A stretch of 64,000 nucleotides of DNA from Burkholderiales bacterium (GTDB taxonomy: Bacteria > Pseudomonadota > Gammaproteobacteria > Burkholderiales > WYBJ01): NCBI GenBank assembly GCA_020848435.1, contig JADLAC010000009.1:89765-153764 (forward strand). The letters run 5' to 3'. The notes under the pieces were generated by a model that made no database searches, was not told where the DNA came from, and saw only the letters and a program-made list of their open reading frames with translations. The position numbers and the translations under genes are program-made. Positions 37,577-45,208 of this stretch are shown here, in pieces (position 1 is the stretch's first letter; every line of letters starts with the position of its first letter).

Positions 37577-40114
37577 GCTTGGCTGCTGGAAGCGATCGGC
37601 ATCGCCCGGCCAGAGGCGTTTATCGAGCGCGACCAGCCGCAGCTCGCTGGTGTAGCGCTCGCCGTTCGCATCCGGGAGCCAGAGCTGCTCCGGACTGGGC
37701 AGCATTTCGACCAGGCTCACCCAGCCCTCCTCGGCCGCGGTCGCCGCGCGTACCAGCTTAGCCATCAATTCCACCAGCGGCGGACTGTCGAAGTCGACGT
37801 GGACGGGCTTGTGCTCGCTGCTGGTTCTCACGAACACCCAGCGCGGAAGCGCGTGCGTGGAGCGCAATTCCCAGGCGCCGCGGAAGCGCTCGGCCGGATT
37901 CGCGCCACGCGCAAACGCCAGCTCCCGCGCCGGGAAACGCCAGCTTTCCCTGCTCACCACGAGGTCGTCGATGGCGATGCGCGGCGTATGCGGCCTTGGG
38001 CCGAGCAGCCGGAAGCGACGGGCGCAGAAACCCCTCAACTGCGGGCCGAAGAAGCTGATCGCGGGAAACGAGCGGCTGTGGTCGCGCGTGCGTATCCTCA
38101 GACCTTGCGCATCCTCGTCGACCACGAGCTGGGCTATGGGGATGACCTGCTCGCGCGCTCGCCATGACGGCACATCGTCGAACTCGACGTGTACGCCGTG
38201 GACCAGCGCCGGGTCGTACACGCCGCGCTCGCCCAGCATGGCGTGATTCACCACGGCGCTCAACTCCGCTTCGGGTTGATCGCGCTGCGCCTGCGCAAGG
38301 AATTGCGTTGCCTGCGGGTGCAGCGCGAGAAACGTCGCCTGCAACAGGGTATTGCCCGAGGCGTGCAGCTCTCCCAGGACGAGCGTGAATTGCCCGGCGC
38401 GGATCGCATCGACGCTCTGCGCCGCGATCAAGACATCCGGGGAGTGAAAACGCGCGCCCGGCCAACCGGGGCCGGGAGCATCGAACGCGGCATCCACGGC
38501 GTCCCGGAGCGCTTCGGCGCGCAGCGACACCCGACGGCAATTCTCCGGCTCAGCGCCGAGCAGCAGCGGCGCCCAGCGCTCTTCGAGCTGCTCGACGACA
38601 TCGTCGACGAGCAGCCGCAGCGTTTCCTCGTTGTCTTGTAGCGCACGCCAAAGCGTGGTCAACGCCACCGCGGTATCGCCCGCTCGGGAGCGGCACAGTT
38701 CCCAAGCGCCGCGCACCCAATCCATGTATTGCCCCGCGAGCTGCCAGGTGAACCAACGCGCGCTCGTCAGCACCAGCGACAGCGGGGCGGCCAGACGATC
38801 GATGACGGACTTACCCAGGGTCAGTGCGACGTCGCGGATGCAATCCTCGTACAGTAGGCCGCGCCCGGCGGAAACCGAGCCCGCGGCGCGCCGGGACGCT
38901 TTGCCCGTGATCGAGGTGAAGCGATGCTCCAGGTCCGCCATCGCCGCGTCGAGCGCGCGTGAGTCGCCTGCGCAGCGCGCTACCGACAAGCGCGCCTGTT
39001 CGAGCGAATCCAGCGGCGCGATCAAACGGCCCCGGACGTGCGGGTCGCCTACGCGCTCGAGCAGCTTTCGCAACCAAGCCTCGGGATGCGGGACGATCGG
39101 TATGCTCGGAGCCCAGACGACCAGGCGCGCCGCGGCGAGGGACTCGAGGAAGAATGCGATCTCCGGATACGAGCTGTCATCGGCTCCGAGCAGTGCCGGC
39201 AGCTCGCGCGCCTGCACGTCGCCGCTCAACAGCGAAAGCACGCGCGCCTGGCTCTCGCTGAGCGCGATCGTCTGATCGTCGCCGCGGTATAGCTCGAGCG
39301 CCTCGACCCGGCACGTCGGAGCGAGCCTTGGGCAAAGCCACGCCCGCAGCGCCGGGTCGCGCGCGCACCCTTCCGCGAGCGCACGGATCGCCCAGTGCTC
39401 GAAGTGAAGCATGCGCTCGGCGAGCAGGCGCGGCCCGACCTGCATCCGCAGGTTGGCGGTCGCGGGATCGAGCTGTATCCAAGCCAGGGGACCGAAGAAG
39501 CCGATGGTCTCGTTCTTCGACGCGTAACGCTGGAGATACTCCGCGACGAGCCGAGCGTGTTGGCGCGCAGCAGCGCCGGTAGCGTCGGCTGCGTGGCGCA
39601 GCAGTGGCGCCAGCGCCGTATCCAACAACGCACGGTTCTGCCAGACAAGGGCCTCGCGAAACAGCGGATCAGCGGCGGCGGCGAGCAGCACCGACCTGCT
39701 ACGCTGCGCGCCGCGGTCGTAGATCGAGGTGAATTCTTCCAGAGCGCGGGTGTACTGATCGAACGCCGCCCGCGCGGCGTCCAGCAGCGGCTGTAGCTGC
39801 GGGCGTTCCGCCAGCGCAGGCGCGAGCTGGCCGTGGCGCAGGCGATTGATCGCTTTCTTGAGCCGGCGCTCCTCCCTGCCCTCCAAGCCACGGGAGATCA
39901 CCCCGCACTGCTGCGCGAGCTGCGAGCAGCGCAGCCGGTAAGCGCCCAGCGCTGCATCCAGTCGCGATGCCGCGGCTGCCACGTCCGCGGCGACCACGCG
40001 GGCGAGGTATCCATAGGGGAAACCGGCGCTGCGCAACGCCGCTTCCCGCCACAGGCTCCAGTCCGCGCTTAGGGATAAGCGATGGCCCAAGGGCACTGCA
40101 GGATCGCTCGCCAT
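37571..40114 (-). CDS. Lantibiotic-dehydratase N-terminal (LanB glutamylation domain)-like protein with no elimination (SpaB_C) domain
   Basis: The start was trimmed to MASDPAV at 40114 (GAGGAG RBS, 11 nt after the upstream stop); 847 aa. LanB-like landmarks: WSLWREAALRSAGFPY; PLFREALVWQNRALL; YLQRYASKNETIGFFGPLAW (compare R..R.TPFG.FA); GELHASGNTLL; IAIDDLVVSRESWRF; ALPRWVFVRTSSEHKPVHVDFDSPPLVELM. Confidence 0.7.
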   Translation of the reverse strand: MASDPAVPLGHRLSLSADWSLWREAALRSAGFPYGYLARVVAADVAAAASRLDAALGAYRLRCSQLAQQCGVISRGLEGREERRLKKAINRLRHGQLAPALAERPQLQPLLDAARAAFDQYTRALEEFTSIYDRGAQRSRSVLLAAAADPLFREALVWQNRALLDTALAPLLRHAADATGAAARQHARLVAEYLQRYASKNETIGFFGPLAWIQLDPATANLRMQVGPRLLAERMLHFEHWAIRALAEGCARDPALRAWLCPRLAPTCRVEALELYRGDDQTIALSESQARVLSLLSGDVQARELPALLGADDSSYPEIAFFLESLAAARLVVWAPSIPIVPHPEAWLRKLLERVGDPHVRGRLIAPLDSLEQARLSVARCAGDSRALDAAMADLEHRFTSITGKASRRAAGSVSAGRGLLYEDCIRDVALTLGKSVIDRLAAPLSLVLTSARWFTWQLAGQYMDWVRGAWELCRSRAGDTAVALTTLWRALQDNEETLRLLVDDVVEQLEERWAPLLLGAEPENCRRVSLRAEALRDAVDAAFDAPGPGWPGARFHSPDVLIAAQSVDAIRAGQFTLVLGELHASGNTLLQATFLALHPQATQFLAQAQRDQPEAELSAVVNHAMLGERGVYDPALVHGVHVEFDDVPSWRAREQVIPIAQLVVDEDAQGLRIRTRDHSRSFPAISFFGPQLRGFCARRFRLLGPRPHTPRIAIDDLVVSRESWRFPARELAFARGANPAERFRGAWELRSTHALPRWVFVRTSSEHKPVHVDFDSPPLVELMAKLVRAATAAEEGWVSLVEMLPSPEQLWLPDANGERYTSELRLVALDKRLWPGDADRFQQPSS

Positions 40115-40125
40115 CTCCTCGACGC

Positions 40126-41520
40126 TCACGCCTGGAGCTCGCAGCGGAAATCCTCGAACTTGCCGCCGGCGGCACGCTCGATGGCATCGACCCGTCGCAG
40201 CTCCACGTCGAAGGCATAGCCGAGGTCGCGCTGCATTCCCTCGACCAGTGCGTCGCGCTGTGACGCTCCGATCGGGCTCGAGGTCACGATCAGAACCAGG
40301 ATGTCGGTCAGGCTGCGTTGAATGACCTGGCATTGCTCGACGCGTACCACTTCCGCGTCATGCAAGCAGCGGAACAACGGCCAGCGCGTTTCCCCAGAGG
40401 GCAGGCGCAACATGTTGCGCGCACGCCCCAGCACTCGCTTCAGGACCGCATGAGGACCGCCACGGGGGCAGGGTGCGTCGAGCTGCGCGTAATCACCCAA
40501 TTCGTAACGGATGAGGGGCATGGCGAAGTTGTGCAACACCGTCACTACGACGCGTCCGATCGCGCCCGGCGGACACGGCCGATCGCGCTGGTCGAGGACT
40601 TCCACCAGCACGGATTCGCTGCACACATGCAGGTGCTCATGCGCAGCACATTGCATCGCGATGGGCCCGGTTTCCACGGCGCTGTATTCGTCGATAACGG
40701 CAACGCCGAAGACCTGGCCGCACAGCGCGCGCACCGAGGGATCGAGCACTTCGGCGAAGCTGCGCAGCGCGCGCAATGACGGTATGGCGGTCGCCGTCTC
40801 GCGCAACCGGCGGGCGAGCGCCGCCAGGTTGCTCGGGTAGCTCAACAGATAAGCCGGTCGCTCGCGGGCGAGCCACTCGATCTGCTCACCGACGGTGGCC
40901 TCGATACTCAGTTGAACTGCCGGACCGCACGGATAGCCGGCTGCCCAGAGCGCCTCGCGCGCGCCCTCGGGCGGCGTGGCGTAACCCGGCGGCTGTTTCC
41001 TGATCGCGGCGACCTTGGCGGAAAGATCGATCCCGTGACGCAGATACTGGGCGAGGTAGTGCGCCTTTTGCGGGAGCGCCAAGAGCTCGGGCTGCAGCAC
41101 CTGAACGGGACGTCCGGTCGAACCCGATGAAGCCGCGACGCCCAGGCGGCCATGTTCGCGTGGAATTGCGTCGCTGCGCAGCTCGCGCGCCGCGTTCTGG
41201 AGGCTGCGACGCGTGAGTATCGGCAGGCGTTGAAACGATTCCATCGCCGGCGCCTTCTTCCAGCGGCTCGCGGCCTGGCGATAGTGGCGCCGGTACCAGG
41301 GCACGGTGCGCATCGCATGCTCGACGAGCGCTTCGACCTGTTGCAGTTGCAGCGCGAGCAGCTGCGAGGGCTGCAACCGTTCATCGCGCGCGAATTCCCG
41401 CAGCATGCTCAAGACCAGCGCGTCCGTCGTGCCGGGTATGGCGGGAAACGCGAGTCCCGGAATCGCGCAGGCCGGTACGTTGGTATCGAGGACCGGGGTG
41501 TCCAAGGCAGCGGCCGGCAC
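40126..41520 (-). CDS. PaaK/CapK-type adenylate-forming enzyme (paralogue 3 of 3)
   Basis: 464 aa with a GTG start. Motifs: VPWYRRHY, LPILTRRSL, SSGSTGRP, PLIRYELGD, GGKFEDF. It shares the N-terminal AIPG..(F/W)P.IPG motif with paralogue 2. Confidence 0.75.
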   Translation of the reverse strand: MPAAALDTPVLDTNVPACAIPGLAFPAIPGTTDALVLSMLREFARDERLQPSQLLALQLQQVEALVEHAMRTVPWYRRHYRQAASRWKKAPAMESFQRLPILTRRSLQNAARELRSDAIPREHGRLGVAASSGSTGRPVQVLQPELLALPQKAHYLAQYLRHGIDLSAKVAAIRKQPPGYATPPEGAREALWAAGYPCGPAVQLSIEATVGEQIEWLARERPAYLLSYPSNLAALARRLRETATAIPSLRALRSFAEVLDPSVRALCGQVFGVAVIDEYSAVETGPIAMQCAAHEHLHVCSESVLVEVLDQRDRPCPPGAIGRVVVTVLHNFAMPLIRYELGDYAQLDAPCPRGGPHAVLKRVLGRARNMLRLPSGETRWPLFRCLHDAEVVRVEQCQVIQRSLTDILVLIVTSSPIGASQRDALVEGMQRDLGYAFDVELRRVDAIERAAGGKFEDFRCELQA

Positions 41521-41552
41521 GGGATCGGCAGGGTTGCGTACGAGGTGCGCTA

Positions 41553-41585
41553 GAAAACGATCGGGGGCGCCACGGCGCCCCCGAT
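41553..41585 (-). terminator. Rho-independent terminator after the PEP-CTERM gene
   Basis: A perfect inverted repeat, ATCGGGGGCGCC / GGCGCCCCCGAT (41560-41585), is followed on the minus strand by CGTTTTCT. Confidence 0.5.
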
Positions 41586-41606
41586 GTTACCGCAAGCCGA
41601 TGCGCG

Positions 41607-42368
41607 TCAGCTTTCTTGCTCGTCGCGCCGTGATCGCCGCCGGCCTGCGGCGAGCAGCAGCGCACCTAGACCTCCGGCGAGCAAACCCAGGCTCCCCGGC
41701 TCCGGTACCGCTTGCAGCACTTGGAACGTGGCGGGTATGCCGCCCTGGAGCGGGAACGCCGGGTCACCTGTACGCGGCGGCTGCTCGAACCAGGAGGCCT
41801 GGTAAGGCGCCGGCGCCGGCCCGATCGGAGAATCGAACCCGAAGTTATCCTTGGAGCCGCCTTCGCCTATGCCAAAGAAGCACCCTTCGCCTTCGAAACA
41901 TCTCGTGTAGAAATGCAGGACGTACTCGTGATTCGCGTACACCGGGTTATAGAACGGATCGGTCGGATTCTGCCAAGTTATCTGGCCGTCCCAGCCTGTG
42001 AAGCCGTTGGATACGCCGCGCCGTTCGATCGCCCAGTCCCAGCCCTCCGGCGTAACGATATTCGAGATCCCCGCCGCATTGGAGGTTATGTTCTGGCCGT
42101 CCCCGACGCCGTCGAACGGGAGCTCCCAGTCCCGCAGCAGGCTGATGGGTTGGTTGTAAGAATCCGAGGTATTGCACACGAGGTACCTGTACCGAAAGCC
42201 GCTACCACTACCGGTGACGTCATCCTGGACCGCGGAGGTTCGTTCCTCTGCGGTAGTTCCAGTACAGCCGATGATGGCGGCTTCGCTCGCCCCGCTCACG
42301 AACCCCAGCGCCCCGAACAGCGCAATGGCGGAGACATCGGCCCTGAACCAGCGAAAATCCTTCTTCAT
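41607..42368 (-). CDS. PEP-CTERM sorting-domain secreted protein
   Basis: The start was trimmed to MKKDFRW at 42368 (AGGAG RBS). It has a signal peptide. The C-terminus VPEPGSLGLLAGGLGALLLAAGRRRSRR is the PEP motif plus a TM helix plus an Arg cluster. The gene is visibly less GC-rich than its neighbours. Confidence 0.8.
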   Translation of the reverse strand: MKKDFRWFRADVSAIALFGALGFVSGASEAAIIGCTGTTAEERTSAVQDDVTGSGSGFRYRYLVCNTSDSYNQPISLLRDWELPFDGVGDGQNITSNAAGISNIVTPEGWDWAIERRGVSNGFTGWDGQITWQNPTDPFYNPVYANHEYVLHFYTRCFEGEGCFFGIGEGGSKDNFGFDSPIGPAPAPYQASWFEQPPRTGDPAFPLQGGIPATFQVLQAVPEPGSLGLLAGGLGALLLAAGRRRSRRDEQES

Positions 42369-42696
42369 GAAATACGCTCCTGACGTTGCCGCCCGCCAAT
42401 GCCCGACCGCCACATTGATCCTGGTCAGCGTGAAAACGACCTGCGCTTGCAGCGCGAAGCAATATCCGCGCCTTTTTCAAGGGCGATGGATTTTCAATGT
42501 CTTAGCGGTGATGCCTCGGAGCGGTGTAAGGGATCTCGACAATCGGGGATCGATGCCTCGCGCCTGCTGCCGGAGAAAAACGAATCGTCCGTCGCGCATG
42601 GCAGCGCTGTAATCGATCGATTACGTCGCGTCAAGCGGTTTGAATGCGGCACTTCGGGACGCAACAGCCGCTCGGGCGGTATCTCTTCTTCTTCCG

Positions 42697-42784
42697 TGGT
42701 GCCCGGGGCCGGACTCGAACCGGCACGCCGTGTGAGGGCGAGGGATTTTAAGTCCCTTGTGTCTACCGATTCCACCACCCGGGC
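42697..42784 (-). tRNA. tRNA-Leu (anticodon UAA), encoded CCA end
   Basis: Manual fold of the reverse complement: acceptor GCCCGGG/CCCGGGC, anticodon stem AGGGA/UCCCU with loop CUUAAAA, a long variable arm, T-arm GCCGG-UUCGAGU-CCGGC, then discriminator A plus CCA. Confidence 0.85.
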
Positions 42785-42929
42785 GCGGCTTGCGAGCATA
42801 GCACGCGCCTGCGCTGCACTCGCCGCTGCGCGCGGCTCGAGCGAGGATTGCTATCATTGCCCCGCGCGGCGCGCCCGCCGAATGCGAACCCGCGCTTTGC
42901 GCCCCACGTCACGTTCGCAGGATCCCCCG

Positions 42930-43556
42930 ATGAGCGAAGCGCTCGACTATCTGCTCAAGGTCAGACCCGAGGCCATGGGCCATTACTTTCGCTTCATGGC
43001 CGAAGCCGGCCGCCATCTCGATCCGAAGACGCGAGCATTGATCTCGGTGATCACCAAGGTACACGCCCAGACCGAGGCAGGATTCAGGCAATACCTGAGG
43101 CGCGCGCTCAAGGACGGCGTGCGCCCGATGGAAGTGATCGATGCGCTGCTGATGGCGTTTCCCGCGCTCGGGCTGACCCGGATCGTGTGGGCGATCGATG
43201 TGTTGATCCAGATGGATCTGCCCGAGTTTCGGGCCGCCGCACTGACCGGCGTGTCCGACTGGCATCGGGTCGGCGACACGGACGCATTCGATGTCGGCGA
43301 GACGGCGCGAATCGAGCTCGCCGGGCAGCCGCTGTTCGTGCATCGCAGCGCTGAAGAGTTTCGTGTCTACGATGCACGCTGCCCGCACCAGGGCACGCCG
43401 ATCCCGGAACAAGCGTTGAAGGGCACGCGTCTCACCTGCCCCAAGCACGCCTGGAAATTCGACGTTCAAAGCGGCCGCTGTACCCAGGGGGGCGATCGCC
43501 CGCTGCGGCGATTAGAGAGCAAGGTCGTCGCCGGCGAGCTGCTCGTCTACTGCTGA
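42930..43556 (+). CDS. Fusion protein: carboxymuconolactone decarboxylase/AhpD-like domain plus Rieske [2Fe-2S] domain
   Basis: The start was trimmed to MSEALDYLL at 42930. The N-terminal half is CMD-like. The C-terminal half has Rieske ligand motifs CPHQG and CPKHAWKF. Confidence 0.7.
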   Translation: MSEALDYLLKVRPEAMGHYFRFMAEAGRHLDPKTRALISVITKVHAQTEAGFRQYLRRALKDGVRPMEVIDALLMAFPALGLTRIVWAIDVLIQMDLPEFRAAALTGVSDWHRVGDTDAFDVGETARIELAGQPLFVHRSAEEFRVYDARCPHQGTPIPEQALKGTRLTCPKHAWKFDVQSGRCTQGGDRPLRRLESKVVAGELLVYC

Positions 43557-43568
43557 CGCGCGGGCCCC

Positions 43569-43757
43569 TCAGGCGCTCGGTTTCATGAGCAAGCTCATGG
43601 TCTGGAAGGTCACCACGGCCAGCACCAGGATGATGACGAAAAAGACGATCTGACGGTGCTCGAAGCGGGCGCCGCGGGTGCGTTCGAGGTAGTTGAGGAC
43701 CGCATCGGCGATCGCGTACAGACCGACGGCAATGACGGTGAAATAGAGCATCTCCAT
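43569..43757 (-). CDS. Small two-TM membrane protein (62 aa), last gene of the oxidase/cytochrome-b array
   Basis: MEMLYFTVIAVGLYAIADAVLNYLE...IVFFVIILVLAVVTFQTMSLL. It starts 18 nt after the stop of the upstream HCO-like gene. It is the only credible part of the 459-aa track ORF. Confidence 0.45.
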   Translation of the reverse strand: MEMLYFTVIAVGLYAIADAVLNYLERTRGARFEHRQIVFFVIILVLAVVTFQTMSLLMKPSA

Positions 43758-43774
43758 GCGATGTTTTCCTCGCG

Positions 43775-45208
43775 CTATGCCGCGTCGGCGGCGGTAAGGC
43801 GCACGCTGCGGTGCCGGCGCATCATGGCGCTCACCACGACAATGAGAAACAGCACGCCGCCGATGACCGCGATCAACCCGCCCGCGCCCATCACGCCCAT
43901 CGCGACGATCTGTTCGGTCGTACGCAGCGCCTGATCCGCGCCCGCGACCTTGCGCTGCACGCCGTAGCCTCCGGACCATACCAGGCCGACGATATGCAGC
44001 AATTGCCCGCCCCCGTATACCCAGGGCTGGACATGCGCGAGCCGCGCATTGACGGATCGAAACCCCAGCCGCGGCAAGAGCGCGTACGTCAGGCCCATGA
44101 GCGCCAGTGTCACCCCGACGATGCAACCGTGGTAATGGGCCGGAATCTTGACGTTGCTGCCTTGGATCATGAAGCCGATGATGCCGCCGGCGCCGAACAA
44201 GATGAGCGAGGCCACCAGCGCCGCCCGCATGGGGCGCGTATCCCGGCCCGGTGCGGGGGCGCGCAGCAGCGCCGCGAACACGGCAAGCGTGAAAGGAACG
44301 ATCGCGAGCCCTCCGCCGAAGCGCATCAGCCAGGTGAGCAGCCGATGGTGCTCCACCGAGGCGATGTCGTAGGCCAGGTAGATCACCGGGGTCAGGAACA
44401 CCGAGACCAGGGCGATCGCGAACAGCAGGATCGCTACTCGCGGCGTGAGCGGGACGCGTGCGCCCGCCTCCTCGGCGAGCCACAGCCACGCGACCAGCAT
44501 GAGCAGCGTGTAGGTGAATTGCATGACGTGACCGCCACCCCAGAAGAGCAGCTCGTAGAGCGCGCGCCCGTCCAATCCCCGCGGCAGCACGAGCCACGAC
44601 CAGGCGAAAGCGATCAGCGCGACCGCGAGCGAAACGGCCGCGCTGTTGAGCCCGAAGCGTAGCGCCCCGGCGCCATCGGGTCGGATACCGACGGCCGGGG
44701 CCGCCGTCATGCTGCGCAGGACCAGGCACAAGGTACCGATGCCGAACACGATCAGCCCGCTCAGGAACACCGGCTCGTCGAGCACGGGTATGTAGTTGGC
44801 CATGATCGGATTGCCGCTGCCCGCGAAGGGTGCGGCGGCCATGATCGCCGCACCGCACGCGGACAACGCCAAGGCGCACCAGCCAGCGCGACGCCAGCGC
44901 GGCCCGCTGTTGAGACTCCACAGCACGCCGCCGAAAGCCACGAACCACACCAGCACCGACAAGTCGACGTGCACCACCAGCGCGACGTGGAAGAAGTCCA
45001 CCAGGGGGAAGAAATCCTTCACGTACGGCGCGCGCGAAAGCACGAGGAGCACGGAGAACAGGCCCGATACGAGCAGCGAGACGACGGCGAGCGAGAGCCA
45101 GCCGACCGCGAGCGGACGCCGCGCCGTGTCCGACACGTCGAGCCGGTAGGCATAGGCGCGCGCGCCGCGGCTCGCAGCGCGCCGCGACAGGGCCGCGATC
45201 ATATTCAT
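43775..45208 (-). CDS. Divergent haem-copper oxidase superfamily catalytic subunit (subunit-I-like, 477 aa), no adjacent subunit II
   Basis: The start was trimmed to MNMIAAL at 45208 (ATGA overlap with the upstream gene). Roughly 12 hydrophobic segments. Candidate canonical His set: FFHVAL (helix II), FWGGGHVMQF (helix VI, no Tyr), VEHHRL (helix VII HH), AHYHG (helix X HxH). Confidence 0.6.
   Translation of the reverse strand: MNMIAALSRRAASRGARAYAYRLDVSDTARRPLAVGWLSLAVVSLLVSGLFSVLLVLSRAPYVKDFFPLVDFFHVALVVHVDLSVLVWFVAFGGVLWSLNSGPRWRRAGWCALALSACGAAIMAAAPFAGSGNPIMANYIPVLDEPVFLSGLIVFGIGTLCLVLRSMTAAPAVGIRPDGAGALRFGLNSAAVSLAVALIAFAWSWLVLPRGLDGRALYELLFWGGGHVMQFTYTLLMLVAWLWLAEEAGARVPLTPRVAILLFAIALVSVFLTPVIYLAYDIASVEHHRLLTWLMRFGGGLAIVPFTLAVFAALLRAPAPGRDTRPMRAALVASLILFGAGGIIGFMIQGSNVKIPAHYHGCIVGVTLALMGLTYALLPRLGFRSVNARLAHVQPWVYGGGQLLHIVGLVWSGGYGVQRKVAGADQALRTTEQIVAMGVMGAGGLIAVIGGVLFLIVVVSAMMRRHRSVRLTAADAA

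Noticed and set aside
33290-41520. Interpreting the three ligases as phenylacetate-CoA ligases of the paa catabolic pathway.
   Set aside because: No paaABCDE, paaGHIJ or paaZ-type genes are present. The context is glycosyltransferases and a LanB-like protein. The call is kept at family level only.
42399-42929. N-terminal extension of the CMD-Rieske ORF (track start 42399).
   Set aside because: The extension would run across the tRNA-Leu gene on the opposite strand and is low-complexity. The conserved domain starts at the Met at 42930.
43758-44948. Upstream 397 aa of the 459-aa ORF 43569-44948.
   Set aside because: It overlaps the HCO-like gene out of frame and has a shadow composition. Only the terminal 62-aa hydrophobic segment, with its own ATG, looks like a gene.
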